Shown here one piece after another: positions 28,210 to 37,914 of a stretch of 64,000 nt of DNA; position 1 is the first letter of the stretch, and every line of letters starts with the position of its first letter. The notes beneath the pieces are model-generated. The model searched no databases. It had not been told where the DNA came from and was given only the letters and a program-made list of their open reading frames with translations. A program made the translations under genes and the position numbers. This DNA is from Patescibacteria group bacterium. GTDB taxonomy: Bacteria; Patescibacteriota; Microgenomatia; UBA12405. The DNA lies in assembly GCA_013387215.1 (NCBI GenBank), contig WARW01000003.1:10227-74226 (forward strand), given 5' to 3'.

Positions 28210-29727
28210 ATGGATAAAAAAATAAGAAATGTTTTATTGGTTTTGTTAATTTTTGTCGTGGGAACGGCAGTATTTGCATTAATAAAGACTAGGACAAAGA
28301 AAACCTGTGATCATTGCAATATTGTGATAATGGATATTGATATTTTAAGAGCTGATGAATTGCCCTGTTACGGATATTCCAGAAATACGACCCCAAATAT
28401 TTGCCAGTTTGCCAAAAAGGCAACTGTTTTTAAGGATAATTATTCAACTTCTGTTTTAACACTACCAGATATGTTTTCGATAATTACATCTCTTTATCCA
28501 ACTTTTCACCATGTGAACACAGCAACAATCGATAAACTTTCAGCAAACATCCCTACTTTGACTGAGATATTGAAAAAAGAAGGCTACAGGACAGTTTTTA
28601 TTGGAGATAGTGAATATTCTGGAACAATAAATAATCAAAACAATGGGCTAAGAGGCTTTGATATGGTGACACAAGAACCGATTGAAAAGGTAATGGAAGA
28701 ATTATCAAAAAGTTCTCAACCATGGTTTATATATTATTACTCAGGCGACTTACATATGCCTTATTTACTGCCGAAAAACACAAAACCGATGGAAAATATG
28801 CCGGCTCCAAAAAACTTACCGATAAACCAAACTGATTTTGATAAACGGTTAAATATTTATTTAAAAAATCACTACAAAGAGGTTTTTAATAAAAAAGCCA
28901 TTAAAGAATATTCTTCAATAATATTATCGCCAGATAAACCAGCAACTGAACTGTTTTATTCCTTAAAAAGTGACAATGAAAAGATGAAAGAATACTTAAT
29001 CGATGTGTGGAAACCTGAGTTTAACGTGTATATGGAATCATTTGATCAAAATAATTCTTCAGAGGTAAGTTATGTCCGAATGATTTATGATACAAAGTTA
29101 AATTTAGTTGATAATAAACTTGAAAAGGTGCTTAAAAAACTGGACACAAAAGAATCAATAAAAAATACGATTACTTTAATTTCATCAAACCACGGAGAAA
29201 GCTTTGGAGAACATGGAAATTTTTCCCATAATTTTAGTCCTCACTCAGAACTTTATTACACTCCATTAATAATTAAAGCGCCACAACTTAAGGCAAAACA
29301 AATCCAAAATACTTCAAGTAATATGGATATCCTACCCACAATTTTGGATTTAACTGGAATAAAAAAGTTAGACAGTTTTCAAGGAAACTCATTGATCGCT
29401 AGTATTAATCAAAAAGAAAACTTAGAAAATTTTGCCATGAGTGAATATTGGGGAAATATAATTTTACAAAATAAAAAATGGCTATATTTTTTACCAGCAG
29501 AAGCTAAATACATTGAGCAATCAATGCTTTTTAATAAAGAGAATGATAAAGATGAAAATACCAATGTGTCGATGCAAAATACAGAACTAGTAAAGATGCT
29601 TTACAAAAGGGCGGATTTGCTACGTTCTTATAGTGGAATTAATTATAAAATAGAAACTATTCCTACTAATGAAATAAAAATAGATCCTGAAAAAATTAAG
29701 AGGATTCAAAAAGAAGGATATTTTTAA
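28210..29727 (+). CDS. sulfatase-fold paralog 4
   Basis: Same motifs ('SSNHGESFGEHGNFSH'); lacks KADDISVT segment; tail 'KIKRIQKEGYF'. Confidence 0.7.
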   Translation: MDKKIRNVLLVLLIFVVGTAVFALIKTRTKKTCDHCNIVIMDIDILRADELPCYGYSRNTTPNICQFAKKATVFKDNYSTSVLTLPDMFSIITSLYPTFHHVNTATIDKLSANIPTLTEILKKEGYRTVFIGDSEYSGTINNQNNGLRGFDMVTQEPIEKVMEELSKSSQPWFIYYYSGDLHMPYLLPKNTKPMENMPAPKNLPINQTDFDKRLNIYLKNHYKEVFNKKAIKEYSSIILSPDKPATELFYSLKSDNEKMKEYLIDVWKPEFNVYMESFDQNNSSEVSYVRMIYDTKLNLVDNKLEKVLKKLDTKESIKNTITLISSNHGESFGEHGNFSHNFSPHSELYYTPLIIKAPQLKAKQIQNTSSNMDILPTILDLTGIKKLDSFQGNSLIASINQKENLENFAMSEYWGNIILQNKKWLYFLPAEAKYIEQSMLFNKENDKDENTNVSMQNTELVKMLYKRADLLRSYSGINYKIETIPTNEIKIDPEKIKRIQKEGYF

Positions 29728-31292
29728 TGAAAGGCTTTTTAAGTAGAAAAAAACTTTTGTTGCTAGCATTATTGATTTTATTGTCGATAGTAATTGGTTT
29801 TGGATCGTGGACTTTTTATAAAAAAACAGAAAATAAGTCCGAAAAAAAGTGCGAGAATTGCAACATAATGCTTATTGATATTGATATTTTAAGAGGTGAT
29901 GAATTATCCTGTTTGGGATATTCCCGAAATACCACCCCAAACATTTGTGAATTTGCCAAAAATGGAGCTGTTTTTAAGGATAATTATTCGACTTCATATT
30001 GGACTCTTCCAAGTATATTTTCAACCATGACTTCTTTGTATCCGACTTTTCATGGGATGCAAAATGCAGGCAAGGATATTCTCTCTCCAAACATTACAAC
30101 TTTGGCTGAGGTGTTACATAAAAAAGGATATATGACGGTTATGGTAAACGGAAATAAAGATACAATGCAAATGCTGTTTGGCGATAATGAGGGTTTGAGA
30201 GGCTTTGAAATGGTTACAGCTGATCCGGTTGAAAAAGTTATAGATGACTTATCAAAAGACAATAGACCTTGGTTTATTTATTACTATAACTCAGAGCTGC
30301 ACTTTCCATATTTATTGCCAGAAAACACAAAACCGATGGAAGATTTGCCAGCTCCAAAAAATTTACCAATAAACCAAACTGATTTTGATACTTTACTAAA
30401 TAAATATTTAAAGACTCATTATACAGAAATATTTAAGCCAAAGATAATTGATAAGTACGGTTCGATTATTTTAGGGTCAAATAAAGAAGATGATATGGGT
30501 ATGGTGAAAATGTTTAATACTTTAAAAGCGGATCCTTCAAAAGTAAGCGAATATTTTATTAATGACTGGAATGCAAATTACCAAACTTACATGGAGTCGT
30601 TTGATCAAAATAATCCATCTGACGTTAAATATGTGCGAATGCTTTACGATACAAAATTAAAATTACTTGATAATAAAATGGGAAGTGTTTTACAAAAATT
30701 AAATTCGAAACAGCTTTCAGAAAATACAATCACAGTTATTACTTCAGACCATGGAGAAAATTTTGGAGAACATGGTTTTTTTACCCATATTGCCGATTTT
30801 CATTCCGAAGTGTTTTATATTCCATTAATTATTAAATCACCCAACATTTTACCGACAACAATCGAGCAAACAACAAGTAATATTGACATATTCCCTACTC
30901 TTTTAGATTTAACTGGCATCAATAGCCCGGGCGGACTACAAGGGATTTCTTTAGTTCCGTATATTAATAATCAGCACACAGAAAAACAATCATTTGCTAT
31001 GAGTGAATATTGGGGAAATGTGATTTTAGAGAATCATGATTGGCTGTATTTTTTACCTAAAGATGAGCAAGGTGTAGTCAAACCCACGTTCTATGACAGA
31101 ATTAAAGATCCGGCAGAAAAAGAAAATGTCATAGATAAATATCCTGAGATGGTAAATTCCCTTTATAAACAAGCCAGCCTGCTTCGCTCTTATAATGTTT
31201 TCTATGAAAATAAACCAATAGTAAAACCTGATGTAATCAAAAACATTGATAAAGTAAAATTAGATCGATTAAGGAAAGAAGGTTATTTTTAA
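29727..31292 (+). CDS. sulfatase-fold paralog 5
   Basis: TAATG start/stop overlap with paralog 4; tail 'LDRLRKEGYF'. Confidence 0.75.
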   Translation: MKGFLSRKKLLLLALLILLSIVIGFGSWTFYKKTENKSEKKCENCNIMLIDIDILRGDELSCLGYSRNTTPNICEFAKNGAVFKDNYSTSYWTLPSIFSTMTSLYPTFHGMQNAGKDILSPNITTLAEVLHKKGYMTVMVNGNKDTMQMLFGDNEGLRGFEMVTADPVEKVIDDLSKDNRPWFIYYYNSELHFPYLLPENTKPMEDLPAPKNLPINQTDFDTLLNKYLKTHYTEIFKPKIIDKYGSIILGSNKEDDMGMVKMFNTLKADPSKVSEYFINDWNANYQTYMESFDQNNPSDVKYVRMLYDTKLKLLDNKMGSVLQKLNSKQLSENTITVITSDHGENFGEHGFFTHIADFHSEVFYIPLIIKSPNILPTTIEQTTSNIDIFPTLLDLTGINSPGGLQGISLVPYINNQHTEKQSFAMSEYWGNVILENHDWLYFLPKDEQGVVKPTFYDRIKDPAEKENVIDKYPEMVNSLYKQASLLRSYNVFYENKPIVKPDVIKNIDKVKLDRLRKEGYF

Positions 31293-31298
31293 AAACAG

Positions 31299-32831
31299 AT
31301 GAAAAAAAAGATAAGTTTATTATTAATTGGATTAATGGTTTTTTTTACAATCGCTGCTTTTTTAATAAAAAAAGAAGTTATTAATAAACCTAAAATCTGC
31401 AAGCATTGCAATATCATGCTTATTGATGTGGATGTATTGAGAGGAGATGAATTGCCCTGCTATGGATATTCCCGAAACACCACCCCAAACATTTGTGAAT
31501 TTGCCAAAAATGGAGCTGTTTTTAAGGATAATTATTCGAACTCAATAATGACGCTGCCAAGTATGTTTTCCACTATCACTTCGCTTTATTTAACTTTTCA
31601 TAAAGTAGAAGTAAGTTTTGCTGATAGACTTTCGATAAAAATACCAACTTTAGCAGAGACATTACAAAAAGAAGGATATAGAACTGTATTTATAGGCAAA
31701 AGCGATGACCCTTCCACACTAAACCAAGAAAATGGAGGTTTACGAGGTTATGATTTAGTGACTCAAGATTCAATCGATAAGGTTGTGGACGATTTATCAA
31801 AAAGTTCTCAACCTTGGTTTGTGCACTACTATAATTCAGATTTACATATGCCCTATTTATTGTATGATGGCATGAAACCAATGGAAAATTTGCCAGCTCC
31901 GAAAAATATGCCAATCAGTTATTCGGATTTCGATAAACTGTTAAATACTTATTTAAAAAAACATTCAACTGAAATATTTAATAAAAAAGCAATTGAGGAA
32001 TATTCATCAACAATATTGGCACCAGATAAAGAAAACGATGTGAGCGTGACCCAGCTTTTTTATACCCTTCGCAATGATCCTAATAAAATGAAAAAATATT
32101 TAATTGATGGCTGGAAACCGATTTTTGATTCTTATATGGGATCGTTTGATAAAAATAATGAAAAAGATTTGGCTTATTTAAGGATGATGTATGATTCTAA
32201 TCTTAATTTGGTGGACAAAAAGTTGGAGCCAGTTTTGAATAAATTAAAATCAAAATTATTAGCAAAAAACACTATAAGTATATTTATGTCAGACCATGGC
32301 GAAGCTTTTGGTGAACACGGAACTTTTACTCACGACTACAACCATCACACAGAGCTATTTTATACACCATTAATAATTAAAAGTCCTAGTTTTTCAGGAA
32401 AAGTGATTGACCAAACTACAAGTAATATCGATATTTTTCCAACTATTCTCGAACTTGCAGGAATTAGAGACCCAGGTGTTTTACAAGGACAATCGTTGGT
32501 TCCGCATATGAAGGGAGTGGCCGAAAATTCAAGACCATTTGCCATAAGTGAATATTACAATGGCACGGTTTTACAAAACCATAACTGGTTTTATTATTTA
32601 CTGAACAGTGAAAATATTGAAAATTCGATACTTTATGACAAAATAAATGATCCTTTGGAAAAGGATAATGTATCTTTAAAACATCCAGACTTAACAATGA
32701 ATCTTTTCAAACAAGCAGATATTTTGCGTGTATATAATAGAAATTATAATAAGGAAGAGATTCTAAGATCCGAAAAGACTGGATTAGATCAGACAAAAAT
32801 AAAAAGGATTCAAAAAGAAGGATATTTTTAA
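31299..32831 (+). CDS. sulfatase-fold paralog 6
   Basis: 76-nt tract near-identical to paralog 5 (SRNTTPNICEFAKNGAVFKDNYS); tail 'KIKRIQKEGYF'. Confidence 0.75.
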   Translation: MKKKISLLLIGLMVFFTIAAFLIKKEVINKPKICKHCNIMLIDVDVLRGDELPCYGYSRNTTPNICEFAKNGAVFKDNYSNSIMTLPSMFSTITSLYLTFHKVEVSFADRLSIKIPTLAETLQKEGYRTVFIGKSDDPSTLNQENGGLRGYDLVTQDSIDKVVDDLSKSSQPWFVHYYNSDLHMPYLLYDGMKPMENLPAPKNMPISYSDFDKLLNTYLKKHSTEIFNKKAIEEYSSTILAPDKENDVSVTQLFYTLRNDPNKMKKYLIDGWKPIFDSYMGSFDKNNEKDLAYLRMMYDSNLNLVDKKLEPVLNKLKSKLLAKNTISIFMSDHGEAFGEHGTFTHDYNHHTELFYTPLIIKSPSFSGKVIDQTTSNIDIFPTILELAGIRDPGVLQGQSLVPHMKGVAENSRPFAISEYYNGTVLQNHNWFYYLLNSENIENSILYDKINDPLEKDNVSLKHPDLTMNLFKQADILRVYNRNYNKEEILRSEKTGLDQTKIKRIQKEGYF

Positions 32832-32838
32832 AAAATAA

Positions 32839-34227
32839 ATGAAAAAAAATTATTTTTATATAGTTTTGGCAATTTTTAGCGGATTAATGATGTTCCCCCA
32901 ATTGATGATTAAGTACCCTTCTTTAATTGATGATGGAGTTAATTTTTTAACAGTAAAAAACAATAATTTTTTTCAAATATTTTGGCACCAACTATTTATT
33001 GATGAAAGAACAAGACCATTACAACTGATTTTTAGAAAAATACTTTTTGAAATTTGGGGATTTAATATATCGGGGAATTTTTTGGCTTACACCTTATTAC
33101 TTTTTGGAGTTGGGGTTATGGTTTGGAAAATTTTGGAAGGCATATTTAATGACAATAAAATAAAATGGTTAAGCCTTTTACTGTTTACTTTACCAGGAGT
33201 TTATGCGAATTTTTATCGTTTAGGCACAGATGAAACTATACAATTATTTTCAATTTTGGTAGTTATTGCCTTAGTAATCAGAAAGAAGTGGAAATGGGGC
33301 ATGATTGTGATGTTAATAAGTTTATTAACGAAGGAAACTTCTATTTTATTTTTGATGGCTCTTTTAGTGTTTTATTTGGTAAACAAACGAAAAAAAGAAG
33401 CGGTTTGGGGTGTGATTGGAGCTGGATTATTTATTTTTTTAGTCTGTTTTAAATATCAGTTTTATGAATCGGCAACATATATCCGAACTGGAGAATTATC
33501 TTGGAAACATATAATGTATAGTTTTACCTCTCACCCAGTCTTGGCAATACTGGTGATTGTTTTGCCAATTTTACTTTGGATAAAAAGAAAGGCTTTGGGA
33601 GAAAGAAATGCCTTATTAATGGCCTTATTAATTAGCAGTTGTATTGGAGAAATTGTAATTTGGGATGTAAGACAGGAATACTACTGGTTAATAATAGAAG
33701 TATTAATCTCGATTGGAATTGCGATGGCTCTTAGTCAAATAAAATATTGGCCGTTAATGCTGGTAATGTTGGCGTACTTAAATTTTAATAACACCATGTA
33801 TGAGATTAAGTATTGGCACGGAAAATATCTGAAAGACGAAGTCTTGGTTGAATATTTACTCAACAAAAATTGGAAAAATACAAATGTTTATATAGACGAT
33901 AATGATTTTGAAGAAAACGATAAGATACGCTATTATATTAGTTCCTGGAACACTGGGGCAAAAAGTATTTATCCAGATACTGATATTTGGCTAGTAAATC
34001 AAACTAAAAAAGATAGAAATTATTTTATCGAAACAGCCAAAAATTCAATTAAGCTATTTAACGAAAATAAAACCAATAGCGTTTTGATTTCAAATAATGA
34101 AGAAGATTTATATAAAATGGGAAAAGAACTTTCAGTTGATTTTCAGCAAGCAGCTAGAAAAATATGCGGAAAGTCATGGTTGCTTTCTAATCCCGATTGT
34201 TTTTTGATTATTGAAAAGAATCAATAA
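32839..34227 (+). CDS. polytopic membrane protein, ArnT/GT39-like glycosyltransferase candidate
   Basis: ~10 TM helices, 'FIDERTRPLQLIF', 'LLTKETSILF'; 7 bp after last sulfatase-fold paralog. Confidence 0.45.
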   Translation: MKKNYFYIVLAIFSGLMMFPQLMIKYPSLIDDGVNFLTVKNNNFFQIFWHQLFIDERTRPLQLIFRKILFEIWGFNISGNFLAYTLLLFGVGVMVWKILEGIFNDNKIKWLSLLLFTLPGVYANFYRLGTDETIQLFSILVVIALVIRKKWKWGMIVMLISLLTKETSILFLMALLVFYLVNKRKKEAVWGVIGAGLFIFLVCFKYQFYESATYIRTGELSWKHIMYSFTSHPVLAILVIVLPILLWIKRKALGERNALLMALLISSCIGEIVIWDVRQEYYWLIIEVLISIGIAMALSQIKYWPLMLVMLAYLNFNNTMYEIKYWHGKYLKDEVLVEYLLNKNWKNTNVYIDDNDFEENDKIRYYISSWNTGAKSIYPDTDIWLVNQTKKDRNYFIETAKNSIKLFNENKTNSVLISNNEEDLYKMGKELSVDFQQAARKICGKSWLLSNPDCFLIIEKNQ

Positions 34228-34236
34228 TAATTCGAT

Positions 34237-34704
34237 TTACTTGATTGCTTTTTCGCGATGACAGACCAAATTCTGTTGGTGCTTCTTTTCTAAATAATCA
34301 GGAATAGATTGGGCAGTTTTTTGATAATAGCTATAGATGGCTTCAGTGAGAGCGTCAGCGGCTAAAAGGGAACAATGAATTTTGACAACCGGAAGATTGT
34401 CGAGAGCTTTGATAACATCTTGATTACCAATTTTTAGAGCATCTTCAAGAGTCTTGTTTTTAGCCAAATCAGTGACCACACTACTGGTAGCAATAGCAGC
34501 AGCGCAACCAAGGGTCTCGAATTTAACATCTTCAATAAATTCTTTGCCTTCCGAATTTTTAGAAATTTTTAAATATAGTTTCATAACATCACCGCAAGTC
34601 AGATTGCCAACCTCGCCAACTGCGTCCGCATTGCTAATAGAGCCAAAATTATGGGGATTTCGAAAATGTTCTAAAACTTTTGGAGAGTAAGATAAATTGG
34701 TCAT
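34237..34704 (-). CDS. Fe-S cluster assembly scaffold (NifU/IscU/SufU-like)
   Basis: 'GNLTCGDVMKLY', 'LGCAAAIATSS', 'KIHCSLLAADAL' three conserved Cys. Confidence 0.85.
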   Translation of the reverse strand: MTNLSYSPKVLEHFRNPHNFGSISNADAVGEVGNLTCGDVMKLYLKISKNSEGKEFIEDVKFETLGCAAAIATSSVVTDLAKNKTLEDALKIGNQDVIKALDNLPVVKIHCSLLAADALTEAIYSYYQKTAQSIPDYLEKKHQQNLVCHREKAIK

Positions 34705-35864
34705 AGTTTAAATGGAGATAAAATTCTAAATTTATTAATAACTTGAGGAATGACTTCTAGAAGATAATCGATCTCTTCTTCCGTAGTCCAGCGACCAATA
34801 CTAAAACGAAGTGAACCGTGAGCCTGGTGGGCTTTTAAACCGGTAGCTAATAGAACATGGCTTGGCTCCAAAGAGTTAGAGGAACAAGCAGAACCAGTTG
34901 AGCAAGCAATACCGGCAAAATCGAGCTGAAGCATCAAGGACTCCCCTTCAACTTTTGAGAATGAAATATTAATATTATTTGAAAGCCTTTGAGTTGGATG
35001 GCCGTTTAGATAGCTGCCTTCAATAGAAGTTAAAATACTATTAATTAATTTATCGCGAAGTTTAGTCAATCTTTCTGTTTCTTGGGGCATTTCTTCAATA
35101 CAAAGTTCAGCTGCCTTGGCAAAGCCAGCAATTAAGGGCACGTTTACAGTGGAGGAACGAAGGCCATATTCGTGACCACCACCATGTAGAAGCGGTTCAA
35201 TTTTAGTGCCTGATTTTATATAAAGAAGAGCTACTCCTTTGGGACCATAAATTTTGTGTGAAGAAGCGGTTAATAAATCTAAATTCATTTTTTGAACATC
35301 AATTGGGGTTTTTCCAAAACTCTGGGAAGCGTCAGTGTGAAAATAGACTTTATTTTCTTTACAAATTTTACCGATGGCTTCCAAGTCCTGAATAGTACCA
35401 ATTTCATTGTTGCCATGAATTATGGAAACTAAAATTGTATCGGGGCGAATAGATAATTTTAGAGCTTCAAGATCGATCAAACCAAATTTATCGACTGGCA
35501 CTTTAGTAATTTCAAAACCCATTTTTTTAAGCCAATTAGAGCTTTCAACAATACAATCGTGTTCAATTGAAGAAATAATAATATGCTTGCCTTTTTTTTG
35601 ATTGGCAAAAGCAATACCCTTTAAAACAGTGTTGTTAGATTCGGTTGCAGAACCAGTAAAAATTATTTCTTGAGGCTTAGAATTAAGAATTTTAGCAAAA
35701 GTATTTCGACTTTCTTCCACAATTTCTGAAGCTTTCTGGCCAAAGGAATGAAGCGACATGGTGTTGCCACAAAAATCGAATTCAAATAATGGCAACATGG
35801 TCTTTAACACCCGAGGGTCTAAAGGAGTTGAAGCAGCATAGTCGAAATAGATTTGTTTATTCAT
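34701..35864 (-). CDS. cysteine desulfurase (NifS/IscS family)
   Basis: PLP-lysine motif 'SSHKIYGPKG'; active-site 'STGSACSS'; 4-nt overlap with scaffold gene. Confidence 0.9.
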   Translation of the reverse strand: MNKQIYFDYAASTPLDPRVLKTMLPLFEFDFCGNTMSLHSFGQKASEIVEESRNTFAKILNSKPQEIIFTGSATESNNTVLKGIAFANQKKGKHIIISSIEHDCIVESSNWLKKMGFEITKVPVDKFGLIDLEALKLSIRPDTILVSIIHGNNEIGTIQDLEAIGKICKENKVYFHTDASQSFGKTPIDVQKMNLDLLTASSHKIYGPKGVALLYIKSGTKIEPLLHGGGHEYGLRSSTVNVPLIAGFAKAAELCIEEMPQETERLTKLRDKLINSILTSIEGSYLNGHPTQRLSNNINISFSKVEGESLMLQLDFAGIACSTGSACSSNSLEPSHVLLATGLKAHQAHGSLRFSIGRWTTEEEIDYLLEVIPQVINKFRILSPFKL

Positions 35865-36258
35865 TTTCAGAAACTAAACTTAATAACGAAATAGAATTTA
35901 AAGTGGCAATAAAACCGTCTTGAATTTTCTTCCACATTCTTTGGGTTAAACATTTTTGACTGTCGGGACAATTAAAATGACCATCAACACATTTAACAGG
36001 GGTAAATTTGCCTTCTAACGATTGCATGATTTCGCCAACGGTAATATTTTTTGGTTCACGGCTTAAAGTGTAGCCACCAAGTACTCCCCTTTTAACAGTG
36101 AGTAAGCCGTCTTTTTTAAGTTTAGAAAATATTTTTTCTAGGTATTCAAAAGGAATTTTTTCCACATCAGATATTTCTTTGGTTGAGCAACATTTGTTGT
36201 GCAAAGCTAAATAAGCCATTGCTTTGAGCCCATAACGGGAACGGGTTGATATTTTCAT
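35857..36258 (-). CDS. Rrf2-family transcriptional regulator (IscR-like)
   Basis: 'MKISTRSRYGLKAMAYLA' HTH; Cys cluster 'KCVDGHFNCPDSQKC'. Confidence 0.8.
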   Translation of the reverse strand: MKISTRSRYGLKAMAYLALHNKCCSTKEISDVEKIPFEYLEKIFSKLKKDGLLTVKRGVLGGYTLSREPKNITVGEIMQSLEGKFTPVKCVDGHFNCPDSQKCLTQRMWKKIQDGFIATLNSISLLSLVSENE

Positions 36259-36283
36259 AAAACTGGACTAATTTAGTCCGATT

Positions 36284-36910
36284 TTATATAGAAACGGAAA
36301 GCTTGTCAACAAGATAGTTGTCGATGATTGGTTTAAATTCGAGATAGTTTTTAAAAATTATTCCATTAATTCCCAGTTTTTGAGCAGCCTCAACATTTTC
36401 AGGCTTGTCATCAATAAATATAATTTCCTCTGGTTTATAATCTCCGTACTGAAAAATATTTTGATAAATTTCTGGATTTGGTTTTCGTTGATGAACAGCC
36501 CAAGATAAGATAGAGTAATCAAAATAGGGTTCGATATATTTTTTAAAATAATTGCCAATAAAGTTTTCGGTGTTAGAAAGGCAAGCAACTTTAAGACCTG
36601 ATTCTTGGATGGTTTTGATTAAATCAAGCATGTTTTTATCAAGGTATGAATTGAAAAGGTCGGCGTTACCAAAAATGTCGTCTATTTTTTTCATGAAATC
36701 TTTGGGGTCAACACTGGGGGCCAAAACCTTAAACCAATCTTCGATCTGGGTTTGTCCAGTTTCAAAACCAAGATAGACTTTTTCGTATTCATTTCGAAAA
36801 TCATTAAAAGAAATGTCAGCTAAAATCGACCAAGATAAAAATAATTGATCGAATAAAGGGCGAAATTCCCAAATAACATTACCAATATCAAAAACATAAA
36901 ATTTGATCAT
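36284..36910 (-). CDS. HAD-superfamily hydrolase
   Basis: 'YVFDIGNVIW' motif I-like, 'IFIDDKPENV' motif IV-like. Confidence 0.6.
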   Translation of the reverse strand: MIKFYVFDIGNVIWEFRPLFDQLFLSWSILADISFNDFRNEYEKVYLGFETGQTQIEDWFKVLAPSVDPKDFMKKIDDIFGNADLFNSYLDKNMLDLIKTIQESGLKVACLSNTENFIGNYFKKYIEPYFDYSILSWAVHQRKPNPEIYQNIFQYGDYKPEEIIFIDDKPENVEAAQKLGINGIIFKNYLEFKPIIDNYLVDKLSVSI

Positions 36911-36953
36911 GGGAAAATTTTAAACTAGAGCCAGGAAAAAGTATAATACTTGT

Positions 36954-37496
36954 ATGACAGATGAAGAGATTGTTAAGTCGATTCAAGACGGAAATAAAGA
37001 AAACTACGAACTAATTGTTGAGAGATATGAAAAGAAATTGTTTTTTTATATCAAAAAAATGATCAATCAGCCGGCGGAAGAAGTTGAGGATGTGCTACAA
37101 GAGGTGTTTATTAATTCATATATAAATATTCAAAGCTTCGACACTAAAAAAAAGTTTTCGAGCTGGATTTATAGAATTGCCCATAATAAAAGTGTTGATT
37201 ATATTAAAAAGGTTAAATTGAAAATCAAAATATGTGAAGATGACGATTTGTTTGAAGAAAACAATAAATTAATTGAAGACGTTTTGGTTGAAGAAGAAAA
37301 TAAAACTCAAGTGTTTAGATCAATTAATCTTTTGGAAGAAAAATACAAAGAAGTAGTTCTTTTGTATTATTATGAAAATAAAAGTTATGAAGAAATTTCG
37401 GAAATATTAAGAATACCAACAAATAATGTTGGGGTAATGCTTTTTAGAGCCAAAGAAAAATTAAAAGTTTTTTTAAAAAATTATGAAAAAAACTAA
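36954..37496 (+). CDS. ECF-type RNA polymerase sigma factor
   Basis: Region 2 'FSSWIYRIAHNKSVDYIKK', region 4 'YEEISEILRIPTNNVGVMLFRAKEKL'. Confidence 0.8.
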   Translation: MTDEEIVKSIQDGNKENYELIVERYEKKLFFYIKKMINQPAEEVEDVLQEVFINSYINIQSFDTKKKFSSWIYRIAHNKSVDYIKKVKLKIKICEDDDLFEENNKLIEDVLVEEENKTQVFRSINLLEEKYKEVVLLYYYENKSYEEISEILRIPTNNVGVMLFRAKEKLKVFLKNYEKN

Positions 37497-37914
37497 ATTA
37501 GAAAAACAAATAATGGAAAAAATTGAAAACAAAGAAATAAAAATGAAATCAAAATGGTGGTTTTTTGCTAAAACCACAAGTTTAAGAGGAATAATTTTGC
37601 TCAATATATTACTCTGTTCAATAATATTGTCAGCTACTGTTTATCTAGTAAGTTTAAAAACTCCACTGGAACTCTTTTCATACGGAAATATTGGCATGGA
37701 AATATTTTTTAATGATTTCCCATATATTTGGCTTATTAGTGCTGTTGTATTAATAATAAGCGGAACAATCTTACTATCGAAAGTGGGAGATAACTATCGA
37801 AAAACAACAAAAACAGTATTGGCTATAAATATTGTTTTTATAATTATCGCAACTTTGATTTTTGGATTACTAAAAAACTCTTTTAACTTAGAAAGTTGGC
37901 TCGGTAGATTTTAA
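37483..37914 (+). CDS. membrane protein, putative anti-sigma factor
   Basis: 14-nt overlap with sigma gene; 3 TM helices; no family motif. Confidence 0.35.
   Translation: MKKTKLEKQIMEKIENKEIKMKSKWWFFAKTTSLRGIILLNILLCSIILSATVYLVSLKTPLELFSYGNIGMEIFFNDFPYIWLISAVVLIISGTILLSKVGDNYRKTTKTVLAINIVFIIIATLIFGLLKNSFNLESWLGRF

Larger units (their letters stand above)
23494..32831 (+). repeat. tandem array of six ~1.5-kb paralogous genes
   Basis: Six co-oriented ORFs of 505-521 aa with shared motifs, spacers 0-45 bp. Confidence 0.9.

Noticed and set aside
23494-32831. Possibility that the regularly spaced ~1.5-kb repeats represent a CRISPR-like or mobile-element array
   Set aside because: Repeat units are full-length protein-coding genes with conserved enzyme motifs; no short direct repeats/spacers, no transposase or integrase nearby.
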